Source: Myxococcota bacterium
GTDB lineage: Bacteria; Myxococcota_A; SURF-8; G963663525
Assembly (NCBI GenBank): GCA_963676915.2
Contig: CAXXVK010000072.1
Span: 96,001-160,000, forward strand
Direction: 5' to 3'
Length of the DNA: 64,000 nucleotides
In this document: positions 16,889 through 26,310 of the stretch, piece after piece
How positions within the stretch are numbered: position 1 is the first letter of the stretch
Layout of the letters: every line of letters starts with the position of its first letter
Made by a program: the position numbers and the translations under genes
Notes under the pieces: generated by a model
The model's database searches: none
What the model was told of the DNA's origin: nothing
Seen by the model: only the letters and a program-made list of their open reading frames with translations

Positions 16889-19300
16889 CTATTCGTCGTC
16901 ATCCCCGGAATCCTGAAGGTTTTTCGACAGTTCCCGTAGACGGTTATCGGCTCGCCAGTGGATCGTGTCTTTGGGCCAGTTTCCGCTTTTCAAGCGTTTA
17001 CCCGCCTTATGGTGCATGACGATTTCCAATCCCTGATCGATAGTGGAAATGGGATAAATGTGAAATTTTCCGTTTTCCACGGCTTCGACGATTTCCCGGT
17101 CAAGCATCAGGTTGATGCGGTTTTTCTCGGGGATGATAACCCCCTGTTTGCCGGTCAATCCCTGGGTTTTGCAAATGCGGTACACACCTTCGATTTTCTC
17201 GTTGACACCACCGATAGGTTGGACTTCGCCCCGTTGGTTGACCGAACCGGTGACGGCGATTCCCTGATCGATCGGCAGATCGGCAAGGGAGGAAACCAGC
17301 GCGAACAGTTCGGCACAGGAGGCGCTGTCGCCATCGATATTGCCGTACATCTGCTCGAAAACCAGCGATGCCGAGAGCGACAACGGCTTGTTGCGTGCGT
17401 ACAGACTGCCGATGATACCGATAAGAATCAACGACGCCTTGTTGTGGATGACGCCGGTCAACCGGGCTTCACGGTCGATATTGACCACACCGCCGCTTCC
17501 GGTATAGGTCTGGGCCGTGATCCGGCTTGGAATACCGAAAGCATGGTCGCCCATATCGTACAAGGCAATACCGTTGATCTGGCCGACCACATCGCCTTTG
17601 GTGTCGAGAAGTACGGTCCCTTCACGCAGGTACTCGTACATTTCGTCTTCGACTTTGCAGGCCCGATTGCGTCGCATGGCCAGAGCCTGGTCAACGTGGT
17701 TGGCATGAACCTGCGTTGCCTTGTCCATGCTTGCCCAGTAGTTGGCTTCGGAAACAATATTGATGATGTTGATGAAACGCGTGGTCAGTTTTTTCTGATG
17801 CTCACAGGTGCGCGAGGCCAGCTCGACGATTCGGGCCAGCGCGTCACGATGGAATGGCAGGAGATCGTCTTCTCTGCAAAGTCTGGTGATAAATCCCACC
17901 ATTTTCATAATATTCGCTTTATTGCGTGGCATGAATTCGTTGAATTCCGCCTTGACTTTGAACAGTCGCTGAAAATCGTCGTCCATGTGCAGCAGGAAAT
18001 AATAAGCTTCGGCATTGCCGATGAGAATCACTTTGGTGCTCAACGGAATCGGCTGCGGTTTGGGCGAAACGGTCGATCGGGCGCGGTGCTCGATGTCGAG
18101 TTCCTGGATGGTGATTTCCTTGTTACGCAGCGATTTTTTCAGAGATTCCCAGGCATAGAAACTTTTCATCAGGTCGTGGGCCTGGATGACCAAATAGCCG
18201 CCATTGGCGAGATGTAGTGCACCGGGACGGACCAGGGTGAAATCCGTGTGGAGCATTCCGTATTGTTCTGTGTATTCCGTGCAACCGATCAAGTTGTGAT
18301 ACGTCGGGGTGTTTTCGAAGACGATCGGTGCGCCTTTGAGTCCCTTGTTGTTGACGAAAACGTTGACTTTCAGCTCTTTAAACTCGGGCTTGGGAAGCAT
18401 GGGTAGAGGCATGCCCTCCGGGTTCTGTTCTTCTTCTGTTGCTCGCTGATAGGCTTGAAACGCCTCCGGTACATGTTCGCACACCTGATCGAACCAATCG
18501 GAAATTCCGTTGGTTTTGTCGTATTTTTCCTTAAGTTCGTCGAGGATTTCTCTGGCCACCTCACGGATCTGGCTGTCTTCGAGCCTGGAAACTTTTTCCA
18601 GTCGCTGTTTTTCCAATTTCCGTTGGAAACGTAGAAATTCGCCGATTTCATCCTGGAGAGAACGAACTTGTTCTTCGTATTGGGCATGTTCTTCGGGCGA
18701 AAGGGCCTCGAATTCTTCTTGGACCAGCGGTTTCCCGTCTTTCATCACCTGGATGATCAACTCACTTTGTACGAGATCCAGGAGCAACTGCTTAGCTTTT
18801 CCTGCCCGTTGCAGTTTTTTGAACGCTTTTTCCTCTTTTTTACGAAACGTTTCTTCTATTTCGTTTCCTTTTTGCAGGAAACTATCGCCTTCCTGCATTC
18901 GAGGAATGATACGTTTGAGGTCTTCGACGAAACCGGCCATATCTTTTTTGAACGCTTCGCCTTTTCCGGGGGGGAGCGCCATGGCTTTGGGGCTGCCGGG
19001 ATCTTCGAAATTGTGAACGTAGATCCAATCGGACGGCGTTGGTTCCGTTTTGGCGCGTTTGAGGATGAGATTGCGCAAGATGGAGGTTTTACCGGAGCCG
19101 GAATCTCCAAGAAGGAAAATATTGAACCCTTTCGATTTATTGGAAAGACCGAACTCGATGGCGGTTACAGCTCTGTCGTGTCCGTAGACTCCTTTGAGTT
19201 CCTGAGCCTCGTCCGTGGTGTCGAAAGGAAACATTTTCGGATCGCATACCTGTCGTAGGCTTTTGGCAGCGAGTTCTTTGGGGGCGCTCGGATTTTTCAT
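16889..19300 (-). CDS. Lon-like S16 protease, LonC type
   Basis: GDSGSGKT Walker A, coiled-coil insert, PGALHLANGGYLVIQ (no acidic Walker B), IDGDSASCAEL catalytic Ser, GGVNEKIEG catalytic Lys. Confidence 0.92.
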   Translation of the reverse strand: MKNPSAPKELAAKSLRQVCDPKMFPFDTTDEAQELKGVYGHDRAVTAIEFGLSNKSKGFNIFLLGDSGSGKTSILRNLILKRAKTEPTPSDWIYVHNFEDPGSPKAMALPPGKGEAFKKDMAGFVEDLKRIIPRMQEGDSFLQKGNEIEETFRKKEEKAFKKLQRAGKAKQLLLDLVQSELIIQVMKDGKPLVQEEFEALSPEEHAQYEEQVRSLQDEIGEFLRFQRKLEKQRLEKVSRLEDSQIREVAREILDELKEKYDKTNGISDWFDQVCEHVPEAFQAYQRATEEEQNPEGMPLPMLPKPEFKELKVNVFVNNKGLKGAPIVFENTPTYHNLIGCTEYTEQYGMLHTDFTLVRPGALHLANGGYLVIQAHDLMKSFYAWESLKKSLRNKEITIQELDIEHRARSTVSPKPQPIPLSTKVILIGNAEAYYFLLHMDDDFQRLFKVKAEFNEFMPRNKANIMKMVGFITRLCREDDLLPFHRDALARIVELASRTCEHQKKLTTRFINIINIVSEANYWASMDKATQVHANHVDQALAMRRNRACKVEDEMYEYLREGTVLLDTKGDVVGQINGIALYDMGDHAFGIPSRITAQTYTGSGGVVNIDREARLTGVIHNKASLILIGIIGSLYARNKPLSLSASLVFEQMYGNIDGDSASCAELFALVSSLADLPIDQGIAVTGSVNQRGEVQPIGGVNEKIEGVYRICKTQGLTGKQGVIIPEKNRINLMLDREIVEAVENGKFHIYPISTIDQGLEIVMHHKAGKRLKSGNWPKDTIHWRADNRLRELSKNLQDSGDDDE

Positions 19301-19344
19301 CAATCGTCCTCTTTTATAAATAGTAGCCGCGTACGACCTTGTTA

Positions 19345-21807
19345 TTATTTCTTTTTCTGTCGGCGCTTCTGACGTTGCTCTGCAATTTCCCGTTTCTGAC
19401 GAGCGATGGTGGCGACGGCTTGGGTAACTGCTTTGGATTTGGAAAGAGTTTTGATTTCTTTTTCACGCAACGTTCCCATGATCTGGGTAGCGATTTGTAT
19501 TGGAGTCTTGGGGTTTTGCACGAGCGCCCAGCGCGTCTGGTAGTTCCGCATTGCGGCAGCATCCTTGGCGATGGCTTGAATGACTTCCGGCTGCACGGTT
19601 TTTGACTCGGCGGCCCGTTCGATTTCGGTTCGAGTGATTCGGGGCGATTTCAGCACCGCGACGGCGACGAGTTGAAGGCGGTCTTCGACGAGAATCTTGC
19701 GGGCTTCCATGTTGCCGCGCACCGCCAGTCGGAGTTTTTGTGGAACCGACATTTCACGAATCAGCTCGCGCATGTCCTTTTTCTGCTTGATTTTGTCGTC
19801 GATGACTTCGGCGTCGGCATCCAAATCCAGGATAGAATCGAAATCATCGGTCATGAATCCAGGGAATTCCCAGTCGAGTGTGCCGTCTTCGTTACGGGTT
19901 TCAGGAACGGCCTCTTTAAGTTTTGCTGCAGCGCTGTCCGGATCTACTTCGGCTTCCCAGTCGGGGTTGTCGCGGTTTTCGAACTGTAGAACCAGTCGTT
20001 CTTCTTCTTCTTGATTGATCAGCCGTTGGCGTTTTGCGAACTCCAACACCCGGTTCAACAGACCGATGGTTGTGTTGGGGTTGTAGGGGAACAGGAAAAT
20101 CAACTGGGGTGATTTTTGCAGTCGTACCTGGTTGCGGGAGATGATGTCCAGAATCGTTTCCGAGCAGATCGTTACCAAGGCTTCGAGCGTGTGGTCCCCG
20201 ACTGCCGAGTTGAACACGATCGTTTCGATGATTCGGTCCGGATCATCCTCGCTGAACCGTGATCGGGCGATCCAGTCCAGAATCTGGATGGGAAGTTTCT
20301 GCTCGGCGATGGGCCGCATGATGGACGCGGGCATCTCGGTCAAGCTCTTGGTGGCGGCTTGTCGGACGGCCTCGTTTTCATCGTTCATCAACAAGTAGAG
20401 GGTGTAACCCATCTCATAGTTGTTCATCGGAATGAGGTTTCGGGCCAGCAGCATCTTTCGGGCGTTGTCCGCTTCGAGCTTTTTCTTGATTTTTACAGGA
20501 ATATCCAACTCGTCGATAGGGACGTACTTCGGTTTCCAAACCGCAACGCCATTTTCATCGAAGGACGGAAGGTATTCCTTGTCGTCCATGCCGCCGATTT
20601 TTTTCTCTTTCTTTTCTTCGGCGATTTCGGTGGCCTCATCCTCATCCGATGGGGTTTCATCGTCTGTTTCTTCTTCGGAATCTGTGGTTTCGTTCGTTTC
20701 GGCAGATTCCTCTTCGTCTTCTGATTCGGCTGTATCTACCGATTCGGTATCCGAAGTCATTTCCTCGTTTTCGGCTTCGGGTCCTTCTTCGGCTACGGTT
20801 TCCATTCCCTCGACCGGTCCCAAAGCAATCACGGCGGGCGCGTCGACGGGTTCTTCTGTTTTTTCAGCTTGTTCCGGTTCCTCATCCGACGTAGATTCTT
20901 CTTCGTCCTCGTCGTCCAGTCCTAGTTCCGCAGCCAGAGAAGCAAGGTCGATACCTTCTTCGTCTTCGTCGTCATCCGTTGCGGCTTCCGATTCCGGTTC
21001 TTCTTCCGGTTCATCCGTTTCGGAATCCTCTTTACCGTCGTCGTTCAAAAGATCGACGACATCATCATCGTCGTCCTGCGATTCTTCTTCGTTTTGCTCG
21101 TCGGAGGGAGGTTCTTCCTCTTTTGAAGACTCCTCATCCGTATCCAACTGGTCGAAATTATCGTCCAGCATCATCGAAAGCTGATCCAGGTCAACCGAAC
21201 CGATGTCGTCCTCATCGGAGGTTTCTTCCTCCTCTTCCTCGGTTTTCTCTGGAGTATCGAACGGTTGAGTGTCAATGGAGGCGAGTGTGTCGGTCAAATC
21301 GTCCTGAGATTCATCTTCCGACTCGTTATCCTTGTTCGGGGGGCTTTCCAATCCGGCGACTTTCATCGCCAGTTCCATGGCTTCCTCATCCGACACATCG
21401 AGCTCCGAACCATCCGCGTTATCCAGCTCGTTCAGCATCCAGTCGAGATCCAACGGGGCTTTTTCCGGTTCGGGGTCGAAGTCGTCCAGCGTATCTTCCG
21501 GGGGCGCCCATTCTTCTTCTGCCAGGTTGGCCAGTTCGGGAACGGGTTTTATGTTGGGGGAAACCGTTGCCACCGTAATTTCGCTCGATGGCATGGAGTA
21601 TTCTTCCCCGATGATTTCGTTGTTTGTTTTTGATTTTTTGGTTTTCACGGAAGAATCGTTGTCAAATTCGTCCGTTACTTCCCAATAATCTTCATCTTCG
21701 GAGGTTTCCCTGCCGTCCGATTCCCCCTGATAGTCTAATGATGCGTCGAGTTCTGAGGATTCGGGGTTCTTATTTTTTGGTTTGCGTGTTCCGTTGGTTT
21801 CGCTCAT
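19345..21807 (-). CDS. Hypothetical protein: ~400-aa acidic disordered N-terminus plus helical-repeat C-terminal domain of deltaproteobacterial type
   Basis: D/E-rich N-terminal half; C-terminus KLRLAVRGNMEARKILVED...AVLKSPRIT...ALVQNPKTP. Confidence 0.8.
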   Translation of the reverse strand: MSETNGTRKPKNKNPESSELDASLDYQGESDGRETSEDEDYWEVTDEFDNDSSVKTKKSKTNNEIIGEEYSMPSSEITVATVSPNIKPVPELANLAEEEWAPPEDTLDDFDPEPEKAPLDLDWMLNELDNADGSELDVSDEEAMELAMKVAGLESPPNKDNESEDESQDDLTDTLASIDTQPFDTPEKTEEEEEETSDEDDIGSVDLDQLSMMLDDNFDQLDTDEESSKEEEPPSDEQNEEESQDDDDDVVDLLNDDGKEDSETDEPEEEPESEAATDDDEDEEGIDLASLAAELGLDDEDEEESTSDEEPEQAEKTEEPVDAPAVIALGPVEGMETVAEEGPEAENEEMTSDTESVDTAESEDEEESAETNETTDSEEETDDETPSDEDEATEIAEEKKEKKIGGMDDKEYLPSFDENGVAVWKPKYVPIDELDIPVKIKKKLEADNARKMLLARNLIPMNNYEMGYTLYLLMNDENEAVRQAATKSLTEMPASIMRPIAEQKLPIQILDWIARSRFSEDDPDRIIETIVFNSAVGDHTLEALVTICSETILDIISRNQVRLQKSPQLIFLFPYNPNTTIGLLNRVLEFAKRQRLINQEEEERLVLQFENRDNPDWEAEVDPDSAAAKLKEAVPETRNEDGTLDWEFPGFMTDDFDSILDLDADAEVIDDKIKQKKDMRELIREMSVPQKLRLAVRGNMEARKILVEDRLQLVAVAVLKSPRITRTEIERAAESKTVQPEVIQAIAKDAAAMRNYQTRWALVQNPKTPIQIATQIMGTLREKEIKTLSKSKAVTQAVATIARQKREIAEQRQKRRQKKK

Positions 21808-22555
21808 GGATGATCCTCAATCCTTGTAACGTCAGATCGGCTTGGACTTCTTCGATCCTCTCGGAATGCATGGCGATCATCGGTGCAAGTCCGCCCGTGG
21901 CGATGATTTTCGGCTCGAAATCGATTTCCGCACAAAGCCGATCCACCAAACCGTCCACGAGCGCGACGTAGCCGAAAACAATTCCCGAAGCCATGGATTC
22001 GACCGTGGTTTTTCCTAAAGCACTCCGTGGCGCCTTGATGTCCGGTCGAGGTAATTTGGATGCTTTGAAGTACAAGGCTTCGGTAGAAACAACAATGCCG
22101 GGCGAAATAGCCCCGCCGAGGTATTCACCTTTCGGAGTGATGACATCGAATGTCGTGGCGGTGCCGAAATCGACGACGATCAGCCCGCAATTGTATTGGC
22201 TGAATGCTCCGACACCATTGGCCACGCGGTCGGAACCGACCTCCCTCGGGTTGTCATACAAGATAGGCATCCCGGTTTTGATGCCAGGCTCGACAAATAC
22301 CGCCTCTTGATTGAAATAGCGCTTGCACACATTTTCGATGGTGGAATTGAGCGGAGGAACGACGGAGGCGATAATCACCGACTCCACCGCCGCAGGGTCG
22401 ATATTTTCAGAATTGAAGAGCTGTTGAAACTGAACGCCGTATTCATCGGCGGTTTTGTTTGTTTTGGTCTGAACCCGCCATTGATGGGTCAGTTGGTTCT
22501 CCTCGAACAGTCCGAGACAGATGTTTGTATTTCCCATATCGATGACGAACAACAT
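21770..22555 (-). CDS. coaX: Type III pantothenate kinase
   Basis: IDMGNTN, ASVVPP, EVGSDR, VVDFGTATTFD, GGAISPG, ATGG; AAGGAG RBS. Confidence 0.96.
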   Translation of the reverse strand: MLFVIDMGNTNICLGLFEENQLTHQWRVQTKTNKTADEYGVQFQQLFNSENIDPAAVESVIIASVVPPLNSTIENVCKRYFNQEAVFVEPGIKTGMPILYDNPREVGSDRVANGVGAFSQYNCGLIVVDFGTATTFDVITPKGEYLGGAISPGIVVSTEALYFKASKLPRPDIKAPRSALGKTTVESMASGIVFGYVALVDGLVDRLCAEIDFEPKIIATGGLAPMIAMHSERIEEVQADLTLQGLRIIHERNQRNTQTKK

Positions 22556-22673
22556 CGCCGCACTCCTTGATGCCATGGAATAGTATTGGCGATAACACGC
22601 TATCGGTATGGATGCAACCTAATTCTTATTGGTCCACAAGAGAAAAAGACCATTCTGACAAGGCAATACGAAC

Positions 22674-25600
22674 TTATTCGGCAACGATTACCACTCGGTT
22701 GACTGCCGGTTTGCTTACGGCTCCACTGTCATCCACGCAGCGAACCGCGATCTTGAATTCACCCTGCGGGGGCGTTTCGATCGTCAGACGGTTAAGCTGA
22801 ATGCCTTCATGCTCGGGGTCGAAGTCTTTGCCATCGTAATTGATATCCCATTGGTAGGCGGTGATGGTGTCCCTTTTTCCGGGGTCTTTGCAGATGGCTT
22901 TGAACAGGATTTTTTTCTCGGGCTTTGCCTGCACTTCCTGGGATGGGACAATGGTGACGGTCGGAGGCGCATTCCCTACAATAAACCGGCGTTTTGCGAT
23001 CTCGCTTTCGGCTTTTTGCGGGTCGCGCACTTGAACGGCAAACGTGAAATTCCCGTCGTTGGCGAATTCCCATTCCAGATAGTTCTGATTTTTCATCACT
23101 CTGTCAGGTTCGAAACGACGTCCGTCGTAATCGACATCCCAGAGATAGGTCAATTCCTCTTTACCAAAGGAAGGATCCGAAGCTTTGGTGTATATGGTGA
23201 CGGGTTGACCTTCGGTGAACGGTCCCTGCGTGGGAATTTCCAGTTTCGGGGGCAAGTTTTCGACCTTGATTTTCACCGAAACGGGTTTTCCAACGCCGCC
23301 ATCCTCGTCGTAGCCTCTCATTCCGATCGTGAAATTTCCGTTGCGCAGGGGATAGTATTCGAGTGCCGATGCCGCCGGAATGAAGAGATCCGAATGGAAG
23401 GCACGTCCATGGTAGTCGAAATCGTACTCAATCCAATAGCTATCGAGGGTTGTGGCCGGATCGAAAATCCTGTGGTAAATCGTTACAACTTCGCCTTCTT
23501 TGACGCTATACGATGTTTTTTGGAGCGAAATCTGCGGTTCGACGTTTTTGATGGTGACGAGGAACAAAACCGGCATACTGATGGAATGTTCGTCGTCCCG
23601 TATACGAGCGGCGATGGTGTAGTTTCCGTTGTCGTACCAGGTATGCGTCAAGCGGTTTTCGAACCGTTTTTCCTCATTAACGACAAAACCTTCTTCCGCA
23701 TCGTAGTCCAGATCCCATTGCATGAAGGTGTCGCCTTGAGTGTTTTCGATATCTTTGGTGATGAATTCGAAATCCATCGGTTTGCCTTCGATCCCGTATT
23801 TCGGTCCTTTGATCGAACCGTTGAGATCGATATTGATATGTTCGACCACTTCCGATTCAATTTCCGTCAGGAATTCGAGGTACCGTTTGTAAGTGTGGAC
23901 GAGCAACAGTTGGTTCCGGTGCTTGGCGGCTTCCATTAAGTGAGAAAAGATTTTCGCGAGTTGATCGCGATGAACGCCCCAAGTCATGGCTTTGGAAACC
24001 AGTTGTTTGTAGGCAAGAGTTGCTTTTTTCTGATTTTCGTTAGGTTGAATGAAGCCCAAGAGGTTGTTGAGGCTATCGGTCGCGGTACGGATCTGATTGA
24101 AATCCTTTGCGGCCAAGGCATCTTGCAGAGCCTGCACAATGGAAATCAGCGTAATGCGGTCGATACCTTCATTCAATAACAGTTCAGTTCGGTCTAAAAC
24201 ATTGAGATCTTTAGGTTTTACGTCGTGAGGGATAACGGTAAATCCTGTTTGGCGCGACACTTTCAACGAGAGCGTCTTGAGGGTCTGGTACTCTTCCGTA
24301 TCGCCAAAAGTCGTACCTGGGACATGCGCCAGCGCTGCAACTGCCAGTGAACAGGACAACAGAATCGGCAAGAACATGTTGGAGATGTTCTCCCGCTTTT
24401 TTATCCCCATGGACGACAGCACCATCAGTAACGGCAACGTGCCGACACAACCGATGAGAAACGCAAGAAAACCGGTGTTGCTGATGTGAAATTTCATCAG
24501 CACCAAAAGAAGAAGTCCTCCCGGCAACACGACCGCAAAACGGATCAATCCCAGGGCTTTGAATAAAAATGTCAGGGGTACGCGGTCCGAACGCATCCGC
24601 ATCAGCAGCCATAACACGAGCGTCAGAGCCAATAATCCTACGCCTCCATCGACCGCGATCATCAGAAATTCCGGGAAGGCTGGAAGAACCGATCGAATCA
24701 CCGGGCGCAAAACAGGGATGGTCAACGTTGCGGGAGCCAGTCCCCAGCCGAAAGCCACGCCATCGGACAACGAAGCGACCAAGCCTTGAAACAAAAGACC
24801 GACAAATGTGATAAATCTCAGAAAATCATTGAAAAAAGGTCGTTTCTGGTACACAAGTTCCAGAATGGATTTCCAATAGATATCCGGCGAAACCAGCAAT
24901 GTGTGAATCAACTCAATGGCGATTCCCCCGGAGGTGTTCTTTTTCACCGTTGGAAAATCGGGGTCGACCGGGATCTTGCGCAAGCGTATTTTTTCCGTCG
25001 CCAGTCGAAGCCTCGGCGATTTGGAATTTTCATCGAAAACATTTTCTGTTTTCGGATCGTTTTTCTTTTTCTTTTGGTTTTCCAATGTGCGTGAAGAATA
25101 GGCATCCACGCTTTCGGGAATATCGTCGAAGAGGCTGAAAATATCGACTTTTCCGGATTGCGACTGATTGTTTGGATCGGTTTTGGGATCTTTCGGCGTT
25201 TTCTTTCCGATGACGGGCGCAACCTCCAAAGCATCCCCAATCCCGGAGTCACTTGGAGAGCTTGGAGTAAGGTTGCTGTTGAATTCTGTACTTTTCTCTG
25301 CATGAGAAAGAAAGTTCGGATCGTCTTTACCTTCAGAAGCTACGGATTCTTCGCTGTCTGGATCGAACGTGTCTTCTTCTTTGTACAGGGCACTGACGTT
25401 GATTCCGGCGGATTCGGATGGCGAGGAAGAAGAGCCTTTTCTTCGTAAGATAGGGTCCGTTTGGGATTCTGTCGCCTGGGCGGAATCGCCATGGAAATCA
25501 GCCTGATCCGTCGGGGGGGAAGACGCTCCGGCGAAATCGAAAGCCGGAACGTCTTTGGTTCCCAGCATCCCGGTTTCGATTTTTTGCAATGCGCCTCGGG

Positions 25601-25940
25601 CATGTTCCAGTCGGGCGTCATTCTCGGTAGCGGGTGCGGTCTGAACGACGGTATAGCCGAACTGACCGAACTGGTCGTCGAGAAATTCCACATCGTTTTG
25701 ACTGCACCCCAGTCGATGAAATGATCCGTCGGGACTTCGAACCACCAGCACCGTGTCAATGGCTAGAGCGGACCCGGTCCCCTGGGTTTGGGGTGGTTCA
25801 TCCGGGATTTCCGTGCAGGAAAGAAGGTTGAACCCTCGGGATTCCATGCTTAATACGATCTGTTCCTGATCGTTTGCACGGACTTGATTCCGGTGAGTTA
25901 CCCCCCGGCTATCGATATAACGAATAAGGAATCGCGCCAT
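22674..25940 (-). CDS. Large membrane protein: PilC/GspF-N-like N-terminal modules, acidic linker, ~5 TM segments, four PKD-like repeats
   Basis: Repeats WDLDYD/YDFDYHG/WDVDYDG/WDINYDG with NGNF/YT and V.N.PP boundaries; hydrophobic block at residues ~375-540. Confidence 0.75.
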   Translation of the reverse strand: MARFLIRYIDSRGVTHRNQVRANDQEQIVLSMESRGFNLLSCTEIPDEPPQTQGTGSALAIDTVLVVRSPDGSFHRLGCSQNDVEFLDDQFGQFGYTVVQTAPATENDARLEHARGALQKIETGMLGTKDVPAFDFAGASSPPTDQADFHGDSAQATESQTDPILRRKGSSSSPSESAGINVSALYKEEDTFDPDSEESVASEGKDDPNFLSHAEKSTEFNSNLTPSSPSDSGIGDALEVAPVIGKKTPKDPKTDPNNQSQSGKVDIFSLFDDIPESVDAYSSRTLENQKKKKNDPKTENVFDENSKSPRLRLATEKIRLRKIPVDPDFPTVKKNTSGGIAIELIHTLLVSPDIYWKSILELVYQKRPFFNDFLRFITFVGLLFQGLVASLSDGVAFGWGLAPATLTIPVLRPVIRSVLPAFPEFLMIAVDGGVGLLALTLVLWLLMRMRSDRVPLTFLFKALGLIRFAVVLPGGLLLLVLMKFHISNTGFLAFLIGCVGTLPLLMVLSSMGIKKRENISNMFLPILLSCSLAVAALAHVPGTTFGDTEEYQTLKTLSLKVSRQTGFTVIPHDVKPKDLNVLDRTELLLNEGIDRITLISIVQALQDALAAKDFNQIRTATDSLNNLLGFIQPNENQKKATLAYKQLVSKAMTWGVHRDQLAKIFSHLMEAAKHRNQLLLVHTYKRYLEFLTEIESEVVEHINIDLNGSIKGPKYGIEGKPMDFEFITKDIENTQGDTFMQWDLDYDAEEGFVVNEEKRFENRLTHTWYDNGNYTIAARIRDDEHSISMPVLFLVTIKNVEPQISLQKTSYSVKEGEVVTIYHRIFDPATTLDSYWIEYDFDYHGRAFHSDLFIPAASALEYYPLRNGNFTIGMRGYDEDGGVGKPVSVKIKVENLPPKLEIPTQGPFTEGQPVTIYTKASDPSFGKEELTYLWDVDYDGRRFEPDRVMKNQNYLEWEFANDGNFTFAVQVRDPQKAESEIAKRRFIVGNAPPTVTIVPSQEVQAKPEKKILFKAICKDPGKRDTITAYQWDINYDGKDFDPEHEGIQLNRLTIETPPQGEFKIAVRCVDDSGAVSKPAVNRVVIVAE

Positions 25941-26310
25941 GAGAAGTTATCGTTCCCGTTTTCAGGGACAAAATGCACAAGATGAATTCAATGTTGTTTT
26001 CAAGGATAAACGATTTATTGCTTCTTGAAAAGGATTCTAGAATAAAAAAAGACGATAAAATATTGTAAAATTCAATAAAATTTAGCAGAATTATGTTTAA
26101 CGATAGTGGTTCGTTCAAATAGTATGTTCAAGTTGTTTACGTTGGTCGTGCGAGAATTGAAAAAATTGCGAATAAAGACAGCGAGAGAACTCGTTGACGT
26201 AAGGGGGAAAAATTCGCTATAACATGGATGAAAAGCTGGACGTAAGTCCTATAATTTAGATACGTTGCAATTCTTGGCCATGGCTACCGAGGACGGGTTT
26301 AGGTGACACC

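Noticed and set aside
25941-26310. AT-rich patch suggesting foreign DNA or an origin (also 47156-47290)
   Set aside because: Short intergenic promoter regions without DnaA-box clusters, iterons or mobility genes.
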